NCBI GenBank assembly: GCA_003217895.1
Contig: QHMS01000254.1
Span: forward strand, 1 to 44,113
From: Verrucomicrobiota bacterium
GTDB taxonomy: Bacteria; Verrucomicrobiota; Verrucomicrobiia; Chthoniobacterales; UBA10450
Length of the DNA: 44,113 bases
Direction of reading: 5' to 3'
The position numbers were made by a program, and so were the translations under genes. Of the stretch, positions 7,912 through 17,357 are shown piece after piece. Position 1 is the stretch's first letter, and the number at the start of each line of letters is the position of its first letter. The notes under the pieces were generated by a model that saw only the letters and a program-made list of their open reading frames with translations, did not search any database and was not told where the DNA came from.

Positions 7912-9114
7912 ATGAAGCGGCGCATTTCATCCGAATCCAAAGGTGAGATGTCGGACGGTTCCGAAGCAGAGATTTTGGTAGTGGACGATGATGCGTTGAG
8001 TCGCAGGCTGCTAGCGCAATTGCTCACGGCGGCTGGTTACAAGTGTCTCGTCTGCGAAGACGGTTCCAAAGCGTTGCAGATAATTCACGCCAAGCCGCCC
8101 TCACTGCTGCTGCTTGATTTCGACATGCCAGGACTAAACGGCGCGGAAGTGCTCACACGCCTGCGCTCGGACCCCGATCCGGGAGTCGCACAAATTCCGG
8201 TCGTCATGTTGACCGCGCACGGAAGTGAACAAAGCGAGGTATCTTGTCTGCAGGCCGGTGCGGATGATTTTGTCACCAAACCAGTCTATGCCGCGGTGTT
8301 GCGGGCGCGAATCGAGACTCAGCTTCGGCTGCGCTCCATGCGGCGGCAATTAGAGCGACAGAATGACGAACTGGAGGACTGGCGCCGTGATCTTGAGCGC
8401 GATTTGGCAGCCGCGCGTCTAACGCAGCAATCGTTGATTCCGCAAAAACCGCCAGCGCTGCCCGGTTGGGAGGTTGCGACTTGTTATCGTCCGGTCATCC
8501 AGGTCGGCGGCGATATCTATGGATGGCTACGAATGAAGGATGGCAGGACTTTATTCTGGATCGCCGATGGCACTGGTCACGGGGCCGCTGCGGCGCTGCT
8601 CACCACTCTGGCAAAACTTCTTTTTCACTACGGTAGCGTGGAACACGACACACCAGCGCGCGTGATGGAAGCGGTCAACCACGATTTTCGCAGCATTTTT
8701 GGCGGGCGCTCCTTTATGACCGGGATGTGTATCGCAGTCGATTCTACAACCGGACGCGCGAGTATCGTCGGCGCCGGGCATCCACCTCTCTTGATTGCAC
8801 GTCGCAGCGGCGCCACCGAGACGATCGCTTCTGTTGCGCCGCCATTGGGTTTGATCGACCACCCGGAATTTAGCGAAACGATCGTGGATCTAAAACCAGG
8901 GGATGCATTTCTCCTCTACACCGACGGTTTGTTCGGCTCAAGGAAAGGCAACGGGCCGCGTCTGAATCCGCAACGCTTGGGGAAAATGCTGGATTGCTCC
9001 GCCCCGAGTGTCGAGGCACTGTTGGGAGCAATATTGGCGCAGACAGCCCCCGCTAAAGCCGGAGACGGGTTTCCAGATGATGTCGCGGCTTTGGCGGTGC
9101 GCCGAACCGCCTAA
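7912..9114 (+). CDS. response regulator receiver domain fused to PP2C/SpoIIE-type Ser/Thr phosphatase
   Basis: Receiver domain: ILVVDDD ... LLLLDFDMPGLNG ... KP. PP2C/SpoIIE domain: GGDIYGW, ADGTGHG, LYTDGL. Start moved to ATG 7912; the longer ORF from 7807 abuts the divergent gene. Confidence 0.85.
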   Translation: MKRRISSESKGEMSDGSEAEILVVDDDALSRRLLAQLLTAAGYKCLVCEDGSKALQIIHAKPPSLLLLDFDMPGLNGAEVLTRLRSDPDPGVAQIPVVMLTAHGSEQSEVSCLQAGADDFVTKPVYAAVLRARIETQLRLRSMRRQLERQNDELEDWRRDLERDLAAARLTQQSLIPQKPPALPGWEVATCYRPVIQVGGDIYGWLRMKDGRTLFWIADGTGHGAAAALLTTLAKLLFHYGSVEHDTPARVMEAVNHDFRSIFGGRSFMTGMCIAVDSTTGRASIVGAGHPPLLIARRSGATETIASVAPPLGLIDHPEFSETIVDLKPGDAFLLYTDGLFGSRKGNGPRLNPQRLGKMLDCSAPSVEALLGAILAQTAPAKAGDGFPDDVAALAVRRTA

Positions 9115-9180
9115 AAAAAAATTTTTGTTTATTCAAAATTTAATGTTGCTCTCTTCCGGGCGAAACGTTAATCAGCGTCC

Positions 9181-9462
9181 ATGCCGAAAACCAAAAAGAA
9201 AACTTCCAAACGCAAACCGAATCCCGCCTTCATGAGACCGGTCCAGCCCGACGACAAGCTTTCTGCCGTTGTTGGGTCAGCGCCGTTGCCACGTTCTGAG
9301 CTTACCAAAAAGCTTTGGAACTACATCAAGAGGCGCGGTCTGCAGGATAAAAAGAAACGAACCATGATCAACGCTGACGACTCACTCCGGCCGGTGTTTA
9401 ATGGCAAGAGCCAAGTGAGCATGTTCGAGATGACCAAGCTCGTTTCGAAGCATCTGCGCTAG
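9181..9462 (+). CDS. SWIB/MDM2 domain protein
   Basis: 93 aa with a basic N-terminus. The stretch LSAVVGSAPLPRSELTKKLWNYIKRRGLQD...MFEMTKLVSKHL matches the SWIB fold pattern. Confidence 0.85.
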   Translation: MPKTKKKTSKRKPNPAFMRPVQPDDKLSAVVGSAPLPRSELTKKLWNYIKRRGLQDKKKRTMINADDSLRPVFNGKSQVSMFEMTKLVSKHLR

Positions 9463-9478
9463 ATCGACAATACCGTTT

Positions 9479-9506
9479 ATAGCCCGGCGTTTCGCCGCCG
9501 GGCTAT
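9479..9506 (+). terminator. strong GC hairpin downstream of the SWIB gene (possible terminator, no U-tract)
   Basis: ATAGCCCGGCG-tttcgc-CGCCGGGCTAT forms an 11-bp perfect stem. It lies 17 nt after the stop codon. No T-run follows. Confidence 0.35.
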
Positions 9507-9593
9507 CTGCGGAGAATGGATAACAGATCGCTGCCGCGCGGGCGGTTGTTTGCCGTGCTTGCGCTAGGGCGTGGTCTAGTTAAAGGTGAGCAT

Positions 9594-10058
9594 GTGAAAA
9601 AGCATCGCCTTATTCTCTTTACCATTGCGGCCTGCTTTGTCCTACATGCGCCGGCTGGCAGCGGCGCAGCCTCCGGCTGGCTCGATGATTACCACAAGGC
9701 CCAGGAAGAGGCCAAAGCCAGCCACAAACTATTGCTGCTTAACTTTACCGGTTCGGACTGGTGCGGCTGGTGCATTCGATTGGATCACGACGTTTTCTCG
9801 CAGTCTGATTTCAAAGATTACGCCAGCAAAAATTTGGTGCTCCTGGAGCTCGACTTCCCGCGGCCTGGTGGTTCTCGGTCGCAGGGACAAGCTGCTGAAT
9901 TGAAAAAGCAAAACTTGGACCTCGCACGCCAATATAATGTGTATGGATTCCCCACGCTCATTGTCCTTGATGGCAATGGGCAAAAACTTTGGCAGTTCGA
10001 GGGGTACCTGCCTGGCGCCGAGCTTATCGCGCAATTGGAAAAATTGCACAAAGGTTAA
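9594..10058 (+). CDS. secreted thioredoxin-fold protein (CxxC)
   Basis: Start set at GTG 9594, preceded by AGGTGA. This gives VKKHRLILFTIAACFVLHAPAGSGA (signal peptide) followed by FTGSDWCGWC (CGWC redox motif). Confidence 0.75.
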   Translation: MKKHRLILFTIAACFVLHAPAGSGAASGWLDDYHKAQEEAKASHKLLLLNFTGSDWCGWCIRLDHDVFSQSDFKDYASKNLVLLELDFPRPGGSRSQGQAAELKKQNLDLARQYNVYGFPTLIVLDGNGQKLWQFEGYLPGAELIAQLEKLHKG

Positions 10059-10176
10059 GCACTCGCTTTTTGCGGAAACGCGAAAAGTAAATTTCTGTTT
10101 TTTCATTGGTGTCGCGTCTTGCGTCGGTGGCGACCTCTGCTAGGTACACGCGATTCCATCTACCATTTTCGCGCAA

Positions 10177-11004
10177 ATGTTTTTTCTCCGTTTGTACTTG
10201 CTTTGCGTTGCTCTAGTCGCGACGCGCACTCTCGGAGCGGATCCGGAAATTCCGTCGCAGATTCCACAAAAGAGTGTGGGCAAACGTCCGACGGAGCAGA
10301 ATATTACGTTCAACTCCGTTCATACAGATGGTCCTTACATCGCAATGAGCTTTGATGATGGCCCAAGCGCTACGCTTACGCCAAAACTGCTCGATTTACT
10401 CGCAGCGCGCCACATCAAGGCAACGTTCTTCGTCATCGGCGAAAATGTCATGGAACATCCTGAAATAGTTGCGCGGGCTGCCCGGGAAGGCCATGAAATC
10501 GGGAACCACAGTTGGTCGCATCCTAACTTGGCGAAGATGTCGCAGGAAAGTGTTCGTAGCCAGTTACAGCGAACTGATGATGCAATCAAAAACGCAACCG
10601 GAGAGCGTCCCACATTGATGCGGCCGCCCTACGGATCCATCACAGACCGCGAAAAACACTGGATCCACGACGAATTCGGCTACCGGATCATTCTCTGGGA
10701 TGTGGATCCATATGACTGGAAACGGCCTGGCCCGGCTGTGGTCCGCAATCGAATTCTCAAAGAGACGCGGCCGGGTTCGATCGTGTTATCTCACGACATT
10801 CACCCAGGAACAATCGAAGCAATGCCCTCCACCCTAGATGCGCTCGAGGCCAAGGGTTTAAAGTTCGTCACCGTATCGGAACTGATCGGCATGGCGACGC
10901 CAGAAACTCCACCTCCAACCGCGAAACTAAAGGCAAGCCCCTCAGCGAGCGCCACGCCTTCCCCCTCAGTTGCTCCGTCTCCAGCGTTTTCACCGAGCGG
11001 TTAG
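10177..11004 (+). CDS. polysaccharide deacetylase (NodB homology domain), secreted
   Basis: Signal peptide, NodB motifs SFDDGP and HSWSHP, and a C-terminal Pro/Ser/Ala-rich tail. Confidence 0.85.
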   Translation: MFFLRLYLLCVALVATRTLGADPEIPSQIPQKSVGKRPTEQNITFNSVHTDGPYIAMSFDDGPSATLTPKLLDLLAARHIKATFFVIGENVMEHPEIVARAAREGHEIGNHSWSHPNLAKMSQESVRSQLQRTDDAIKNATGERPTLMRPPYGSITDREKHWIHDEFGYRIILWDVDPYDWKRPGPAVVRNRILKETRPGSIVLSHDIHPGTIEAMPSTLDALEAKGLKFVTVSELIGMATPETPPPTAKLKASPSASATPSPSVAPSPAFSPSG

Positions 11005-11079
11005 GCTTTCAAAAGCCGACGGCCCAGGGCGGCCGGTCGATGACGACTGTGACGACTGGGAAGCCATCATTTCTTGGAG

Positions 11080-11913
11080 CTATTTTCTTGCCGCGCCTGT
11101 GCCACCGCCGGCCAGCTTTTGTTCGCTCTTGCTTCGCGCAATGACGAAGTGATTGTTTTCACCGTAGCTTCGCCACGGCCCAGGAGGCACGTCGCGAACT
11201 TCGACAAATTGCCAATCGGTGACGTCAGTCGGCTGGAGTCCCAAGTAATCGCGGACTGCCGGAGAAACATCCAGCCCGGCACCATGGTTTAAGTTCGGCT
11301 TGGGTCGCTCATTTCCAAAGACATATTGAAAATGGTCGGTGCGGAATGGACCGCAATCCTCCCATTGCGCATAACAAGTGCGATTGCCCTTGCGGATGGC
11401 GATCCAGCGATGCCGGCACACGGACTCTCCAGGACCCGAATACGCTTGCTTGAACCAGGGAATCACTAGCGATACTTCCGGCTTGAACTGACCATGCGTC
11501 ACATCGTTGTACGGCAGCGCAAAGTAAAAAGGGTTTTGCTTCGGAACAAAAGCTATTGGAATGTAATTCCGGCGTGCGCTCGCATCAGGGCTATCGTATC
11601 CACCGTAATTCGTCGTCCAGTTAAAGTCCCAAGCACTCCTGTAGTTGGGAACCGGATTGTTGGCTCCGGCTTGTTCTCCAACCCAAAAGACGGTCGTCAC
11701 GATGTTCGCTTTCCAGGGGTAACGCTGGATCGCCGGATGGGAACTGGTTGGAATAAAGACTTGCGGCTCCACCTTGAGCAATGCCTGCTCCCGCAGTTTC
11801 ATCGCGTACTTGGCGAAGTCTGCCGCGGTCGCGTATGGGGAAGTGGATTGTTCGTCGGCTTTAACGGAGCCAGCAATCGCTAGACTCAAACAAGCCGCAA
11901 GAAGTCTGTTCAT
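11080..11913 (-). CDS. secreted hypothetical protein (possibly RlpA/expansin-like barrel at the C-terminus)
   Basis: Start set at the ATG giving MNRLLAACLSLAIAGSVKA (signal peptide). Conserved-looking blocks are VFWVGEQAG and YAQWEDCGPF...GAGLDVSPAV. The family assignment is a guess. Confidence 0.55.
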   Translation of the reverse strand: MNRLLAACLSLAIAGSVKADEQSTSPYATAADFAKYAMKLREQALLKVEPQVFIPTSSHPAIQRYPWKANIVTTVFWVGEQAGANNPVPNYRSAWDFNWTTNYGGYDSPDASARRNYIPIAFVPKQNPFYFALPYNDVTHGQFKPEVSLVIPWFKQAYSGPGESVCRHRWIAIRKGNRTCYAQWEDCGPFRTDHFQYVFGNERPKPNLNHGAGLDVSPAVRDYLGLQPTDVTDWQFVEVRDVPPGPWRSYGENNHFVIARSKSEQKLAGGGTGAARK

Positions 11914-12056
11914 GGTGCGGACGCCGGCATTCTCTATCCGATTCTGCACTCCTAGGCAAGCCGAATTTTCCAAAGTCTTGGCCAGGAACCGCGCTGCCCC
12001 CGAAGGTATTCGGAGGGACACTAGAGTTCGATGCGATGTTCTTGCCCGAACCTCGC

Positions 12057-13646
12057 TCAACCGCGGCTGAGTAGCGTATCGCGCTTGAATTCTCGGTCAT
12101 CCGTTTCTGGGTGATCGAGGGTGTAATGCAGGCCGCGGCTTTCTTTTCGGCACAACGCAGAGTCAACAATCAACGCCGCTACCGTTGCGAGATTGCGCAG
12201 CTCCAGCAGATCGATTGATACTTTAAAATTCCAGTAGAACTCGCGGATTTCGCGCTGGAGATTTCGCAGCCGGGCACTCGCCCGCTGCAGCCGTTTGTCA
12301 GTACGCACGATTCCAACATAATCCCACATCAGGCGTCTGATTTCGTCCCAGTTGTGATAAATGACCACCAGTTCATCTACGTCCTGGACATTTCCCGATT
12401 GCCATTCCGGCAGCGAGATTTTTTGGGTTCGGGCTGGCGTCCGCACTGCAGCCGTGGCAGCACGATGCGCGACCACCAAGCCTTCCAGCAAGGAGTTACT
12501 CGCAAGCCGGTTGGCTCCGTGCATGCCCGTGCAGGCAACCTCACCAATTGCATACAACCCGGGCAAACTGGTCGCGCCATTTACGTCAGTCTTAATTCCA
12601 CCGCATTGGTAATGCGCTGCTGGCACGACAGGGATAGCCTGCTTCAACATATCGATGCCGAATCGCAGGCACGTCTGGTAAATGTGCGGGAAACGCTCCC
12701 GAATAAATTCCGCCGGCTTATGCGTGATGTCCAAAAACACACATCTAGCCCCTGAGCGCTTGATCTCCGCGTCGATGGCGCGCGCCACGATATCCCGTGG
12801 CGCCAGTGAACCACGCGAATCGTAGTGCCTCATGAAATCTTCGCCGCGATGATTACGCAAAATGCCGCCCTCACCGCGCACTGCTTCGGAAATGAGAAAT
12901 GATTTCGCCTCAGCATGAAAGAGACATGTGGGATGAAACTGGATGAACTCCATGTTCGAGATCTCCACGCCCGCGCGCCATGCCATCGCCACACCGTCTC
13001 CGGTCGCGATGTCTGGATTCGTCGTGTACAAATAAACTTTGCCGCAACCGCCGGTTGCGAGCACGGTCCGATCTGACCGGATCGTTTCTACCTCTCCGGT
13101 CTTTTCATCCAGAACATAAACCCCAAGGCAGCGGTCTTCTGTTGCGAATCCGAGCTTGGCGGAAGTGATCAAATCCACCGCCATGTGATCTTCCCAAAGT
13201 TCGACATTCGGTTGCTTCTCGAGTCCGCGCAGCAATCTCTCCTCGATTTCCCGCCCAGTTGCGTCTCGCACATGCAACACTCGCCGCTTCGAGTGACCGC
13301 CCTCTTTGGCTAGATCAAGCTCACGATGACCAGAGACCTGCCCCTGATCGAACTCCACGCCGAGCTCCGCCAGCTCTCGGATGCGCTCTGGGCCTTCGGT
13401 AACAATCGTTCGCACCACCGCTTCGTCACAAAGACCCGCACCGGCTCCAAGCGTATCTCGTACGTGCAGCTCGAATGAATCTTCATCGCTGGTCACGCAT
13501 GCAATTCCGCCCTGCGCCCAGGCCGTGTTTGTGTCGGCGCCTTTACGTTTCGTGATGACGGCTACCGACCCCTGCCTGGCCGCTTTCAATGCAAAGCTGA
13601 GCCCGGCTATGCCGCTGCCGATTATTGCGAAATCGTATTCCTTCAT
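12057..13646 (-). CDS. nadB: L-aspartate oxidase
   Basis: 529 aa. FAD-binding [12 protein letters not shown] and full-length similarity to NadB/succinate-dehydrogenase-flavoprotein-type sequences. ATGA overlap with the panC stop. Confidence 0.9.
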   Translation of the reverse strand: MKEYDFAIIGSGIAGLSFALKAARQGSVAVITKRKGADTNTAWAQGGIACVTSDEDSFELHVRDTLGAGAGLCDEAVVRTIVTEGPERIRELAELGVEFDQGQVSGHRELDLAKEGGHSKRRVLHVRDATGREIEERLLRGLEKQPNVELWEDHMAVDLITSAKLGFATEDRCLGVYVLDEKTGEVETIRSDRTVLATGGCGKVYLYTTNPDIATGDGVAMAWRAGVEISNMEFIQFHPTCLFHAEAKSFLISEAVRGEGGILRNHRGEDFMRHYDSRGSLAPRDIVARAIDAEIKRSGARCVFLDITHKPAEFIRERFPHIYQTCLRFGIDMLKQAIPVVPAAHYQCGGIKTDVNGATSLPGLYAIGEVACTGMHGANRLASNSLLEGLVVAHRAATAAVRTPARTQKISLPEWQSGNVQDVDELVVIYHNWDEIRRLMWDYVGIVRTDKRLQRASARLRNLQREIREFYWNFKVSIDLLELRNLATVAALIVDSALCRKESRGLHYTLDHPETDDREFKRDTLLSRG

Positions 13647-14470
13647 CCCAACCGAATATTGTCGATCAAACGAGTCTTCCCGAAAAAAACTGCGATCGCG
13701 AGCAGCGAACTTGGCCTAACGACTTCAATCGGCTCCAAACTTTCCGTATCGACGACTTCGATATAATCGACCTGCGCCAGCGGCGCTTGGTTGATCACGT
13801 TTCGCGCAAGAGCAACGATTTCTTGCGCTGATTTTTTGCCAGCATCTGCTGCGGCATGCAACGCTTTAAATAAAACTGTTGCCTGCTTTCGTTCTTCACC
13901 ATTCAAATATTGATTGCGCGAACTGCACGCCAGCCCGTCATCCTCACGCATCGTTGGCACGGCGATGATGTTGATCCTGAAATTGAGATCGCGCACCATA
14001 CAACGAACGATCGCCAGTTGCTGAAAATCCTTCTCGCCAAATACCGCCGCTTCCGGTTCAAGGATATGGAACAACTTCGCCACCACGGTGCAAACCCCGC
14101 GAAAATGTCCTGGCCGCGATTTCCCTTCTAGCATCTTCGACAGAGAAGATTCTTCAACGAACACCGAGCGATTCTCGGCGTACATTTCCGCAACGCTGGG
14201 ACGGAACAACAGATCGACGCCGGCCTTTCGACAAAATTCTTCATCGGCTTTTTCAGGCCGCGGGTACCGCTCGTAATCACCTCCCGGTTCAAACTGGAGC
14301 GGATTCACAAAGACGCTCACCGCTACTTCACCATCGCGGCCAGCGTGTTCGCGCGCCACGCGAATCAACTCGGCATGCGCCTTGTGCAGCGCTCCCATGG
14401 TCGGTACGAGCACCTGCCCATGCGCGCGCCGATGCGCCCGCGCCTCTGCAACCGTCGTGAGAATTTTCAC
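13643..14470 (-). CDS. panC: pantoate--beta-alanine ligase
   Basis: [11 protein letters not shown] (HIGH-like PanC motif). 275 aa. Confidence 0.9.
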   Translation of the reverse strand: MKILTTVAEARAHRRAHGQVLVPTMGALHKAHAELIRVAREHAGRDGEVAVSVFVNPLQFEPGGDYERYPRPEKADEEFCRKAGVDLLFRPSVAEMYAENRSVFVEESSLSKMLEGKSRPGHFRGVCTVVAKLFHILEPEAAVFGEKDFQQLAIVRCMVRDLNFRINIIAVPTMREDDGLACSSRNQYLNGEERKQATVLFKALHAAADAGKKSAQEIVALARNVINQAPLAQVDYIEVVDTESLEPIEVVRPSSLLAIAVFFGKTRLIDNIRLG

Positions 14471-14505
14471 GTTCCAGCTTTATCCAACTACGTGCAGTGC
14501 GCGAA

Positions 14506-15141
14506 TCAAAGGAGGATGATAAATGCGCCAGTGATCATTAGCGCAAGCATCCACACTAAGTCGACGTTGAACCACGCGCGGCGCAATATTACCACGCCAA
14601 GTTTTTCATAAACCACAATCGCGATGAGCGCAGTCATTAAAAGATATCCCAATGTGTGAACTGCGACCGAAGCCGTGAGCAAAGAAGGCGCGCTAAAATT
14701 CGCGAAGGCAGACTCGTGGTGATGCGCATCGCCCGCAGCCGGCGATCCCAGGAAAAATGGGACGAGCATCAGCCCCGCACCATGCGCTGACGCCATGATG
14801 AACGACCAAATCGTCAGATCGCCGAACCCGACTCGCATTCCAACCCAGTTTGGATGACGCGAACGCAATAAACGATAGAAGCCAAACGCAAACAGAATCG
14901 CAGCAGCAGCAATTTTTAACGTATCGTGTGGGACATTAACCCGCGCCACGAGCACTGCGGCGATGATGATCGCAATCGAAAGCGCATGCCCCAGTACCAT
15001 CGGCGGCAATGCACGGAATACGGCTGCGCGCTTTTGCTCCTGCAACCCCAGCGCTACAGCGAACAACCATCCCATGGCAGGATTGATCCCGTGAAAAAGA
15101 CCGAGCCCAAAGACCGCCAGCCACGGCCAGAGGGCGCTCAC
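14506..15141 (-). CDS. polytopic membrane protein with His-rich loop, hypothetical (metal handling?)
   Basis: About 6 predicted hydrophobic helices, with motifs FHGINPAMGW and SAHGAGL and a GDAHHHES loop. Start set at GTG 15141, which forms a GTGA overlap with the stop of the upstream SBP56 gene. Confidence 0.6.
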   Translation of the reverse strand: MSALWPWLAVFGLGLFHGINPAMGWLFAVALGLQEQKRAAVFRALPPMVLGHALSIAIIIAAVLVARVNVPHDTLKIAAAAILFAFGFYRLLRSRHPNWVGMRVGFGDLTIWSFIMASAHGAGLMLVPFFLGSPAAGDAHHHESAFANFSAPSLLTASVAVHTLGYLLMTALIAIVVYEKLGVVILRRAWFNVDLVWMLALMITGAFIILL

Positions 15142-16532
15142 GGAAAACAAAAGGAATCGCTCGAGGAATCGCCTCCTTCGAGGCGAATTTGATGCACCCG
15201 GTAATCGGTGCTCTCGACGAAAAAGTTTTCGTCAAAGGTCATGCCGCCTTGCGGGTCGGCATCAAGTTTCACCATCCAACTGCCAACGCCGTCGGGATAG
15301 AATTGCTCGTCCCACGCCGCATAAAGCGAGTTGGTGAAATATATCCGTTTGCCATCGCGGCTGACTTCCACCATTTGCGGCCCGCCCGCGAGAGGCTGAG
15401 CCCGTTTCTTCGGATGCGGGGTGCGATTGGCGATGCCGCCGATGCGTACCGAGCCGGTCTTCTTCGGATTGAATGGATCGGAGACGTCGTACTGCAAGAA
15501 CTCGCCAGTTCCCCAGCAGGAGACATATAGAAATCTGTCGTCGAGCGATAAATCGATGTCCGACACTAGTGGTGGAACCGCTTTAAAATCCTTGAGCATC
15601 GGTGGCAATTTTTCTGGGTCGGCGGGTTCCGCTGGAATTTCGATCACTTTCTTTACGTCCCATGCGCCGTTATTCCTGTGCCAGAGCCAGACTGACGCCG
15701 ATAAATCTTTGAGCGAAACCACGACCCCGACGAAGCCGTAAGCTTTCCTCGGGTCATGCGCGGGACGCATCTCGAGGACCATTTGCTGCTCTTTGCCCAA
15801 ATCGAGCGCCTGCAAATGGCGGCGACGCCGCAAATCCCAGACGTGCATTTGGTGACCGTACTTGCCGCCGAGGAGCAGATCCGGCTGCAGTCCGTTTTCG
15901 ATCATGTTCGGCGTGCCCCATTCACTGCTGAGCAGTGTGTCGAATCCCAAGTGCCACCAAAAATCGTACTGCAAGAATTGTGGGCCACGGTTCACTTCCC
16001 ACTGACCGAGAACCTCGAACGTTTCGCAATCGAGCATGAAAATGCCGCCTGGCCCATCGCCGTTGGGCGCACCGAGCGCGCTCACATAAATGCCTTCGGG
16101 CCCACAGTGAATCGTGTGCGGACGGGAATAATTGGTTCGCGCAAAAACTTCTTCCGGCTCGATCACTTTGACGATCTCCGGCTTTCGTGGGTCGGGCTTC
16201 GTGTCGATGATGTGAATACGCGACGACCGTAGCCCAGGGACAACGAGATAACGGCGTTCCACGTGCGGATGCGGCGCATACGGACACAGCGCAGAGCTGC
16301 ATGCGTTCCAACCAAAATGATGCAGTTCATCGCCAAACTCCGGCATCTTCACCTCGCCAACGCGCTGGCCGTATGTGCGCGATTGAGGATCAACATCGAT
16401 CACCAGCAGCGCGTCGTTGAGCGTGCTGTCGGGCGGATTAAGCGCTGCGACAAACGCATACTTTTCCGGAGGGGCTAGCATTGCTAGCCTTGGCGATGGA
16501 TAGAACGTCGGATCTGGTTTGAGGAGCGGCAT
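15138..16532 (-). CDS. selenium-binding protein 56 family (methanethiol-oxidase-like)
   Basis: 464 aa. Full-length resemblance to the SBP56/SELENBP1 family (N-terminus MPLLKPDPTFYPSPRLAM..., beta-propeller-type repeats). No signal peptide seen. Confidence 0.85.
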   Translation of the reverse strand: MPLLKPDPTFYPSPRLAMLAPPEKYAFVAALNPPDSTLNDALLVIDVDPQSRTYGQRVGEVKMPEFGDELHHFGWNACSSALCPYAPHPHVERRYLVVPGLRSSRIHIIDTKPDPRKPEIVKVIEPEEVFARTNYSRPHTIHCGPEGIYVSALGAPNGDGPGGIFMLDCETFEVLGQWEVNRGPQFLQYDFWWHLGFDTLLSSEWGTPNMIENGLQPDLLLGGKYGHQMHVWDLRRRRHLQALDLGKEQQMVLEMRPAHDPRKAYGFVGVVVSLKDLSASVWLWHRNNGAWDVKKVIEIPAEPADPEKLPPMLKDFKAVPPLVSDIDLSLDDRFLYVSCWGTGEFLQYDVSDPFNPKKTGSVRIGGIANRTPHPKKRAQPLAGGPQMVEVSRDGKRIYFTNSLYAAWDEQFYPDGVGSWMVKLDADPQGGMTFDENFFVESTDYRVHQIRLEGGDSSSDSFCFP

Positions 16533-16585
16533 GATCGCTTTCCGCGTGGACGTTAGTCTTTAATACTACTTCGAATGCAAAATCG

Positions 16586-17296
16586 TCAAGGATGATGTTC
16601 ATCCCATCTGCACAGCCAAATTGCTTGTCGTGCAAAGCGAAATTTTTCATGCCCGAAATTTTGCCAGCGCGCGCGAATCGCGAGATCGCGCATTTCAGAA
16701 AATGAAAATGCGCGCGCAGCGGAAAGGCGCGCGTCGAAGCGCGTCATTGGTTCGCGGAAAATCAGCGCGGTTAAAACATAAACGCCGGCCCGGAGCAGAA
16801 ATCCTCGGCGCAAATCCGACACCAGAACGAATCTTCGGGATAACTCGCGACACCGCCGCAACGCACTCACAGCGTCTTCATCGCTAAAATGATGCAGTGC
16901 GAGCGTGCATAGAACGATGTCGTATGGCTCGACAGGATCCCATTCCAGAATGTTCGCGTCGCGATAGGAAATCTCCGGGTACGGGGCGCTCAATTTCCTG
17001 GCGATTTCCAGCGTAGCAGCTTGTTGATCGATCGCGTCGATATCGACATGCGCCCCGATTTTTCGGGCGTAATCAACGATCAATCGCGGAATGTCGCCCG
17101 AGCCAGTGGCAAGATCGACAATTCGGATGCCAGCGCCCGGCTTAATCCAGCGCCGTATAAAATCCAAAATAACACGATAGCTGCCGAACCAGCGATTAAG
17201 TTGCCGGATCCGTTCCAGGTCGCGCTCTAACTCGGGCGAAACCGGCTGCGGCCGGTCCATCATTTCCAAGACGGTCGGATCGAAGCTTCGGTTCAT
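16586..17296 (-). CDS. class I SAM-dependent methyltransferase
   Basis: Motif I VDLATGSGD and the downstream DIVLCTLALHHF block. Start set at ATG 17296 (MNRSFDP...), because the longer ORF reads through the palindromic element at 17301-17357. Confidence 0.8.
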   Translation of the reverse strand: MNRSFDPTVLEMMDRPQPVSPELERDLERIRQLNRWFGSYRVILDFIRRWIKPGAGIRIVDLATGSGDIPRLIVDYARKIGAHVDIDAIDQQAATLEIARKLSAPYPEISYRDANILEWDPVEPYDIVLCTLALHHFSDEDAVSALRRCRELSRRFVLVSDLRRGFLLRAGVYVLTALIFREPMTRFDARLSAARAFSFSEMRDLAIRARWQNFGHEKFRFARQAIWLCRWDEHHP

Positions 17297-17300
17297 TAGC

Positions 17301-17357
17301 TGTAGCGGCGCTCTGTGAGCGCCGGGAATCACTCGGCGGTCACAGACCGCCGCTACA
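17301..17357. repeat. REPIN-like inverted doublet (TGTAGCGGCG ... CGCCGCTACA) filling the intergenic gap
   Basis: Sequence is TGTAG-CGGCGCTC-TGT-GAGCGCCG-ggaatcact-CGGCGGTC-ACA-GACCGCCG-CTACA. The outer 10-bp arms are perfect and there are two inner 8-bp hairpins. The TAG at 17353-17355 is the stop codon of the upstream gene. Confidence 0.8.

Noticed and set aside
15138-16532. Selenocysteine recoding in the 'selenium-binding protein' gene or the redoxin/DsbD genes.
   Set aside because: The SBP56 ORF is continuous with no in-frame TGA. The name reflects ligand binding, not Sec incorporation. The redox motifs here use Cys codons.
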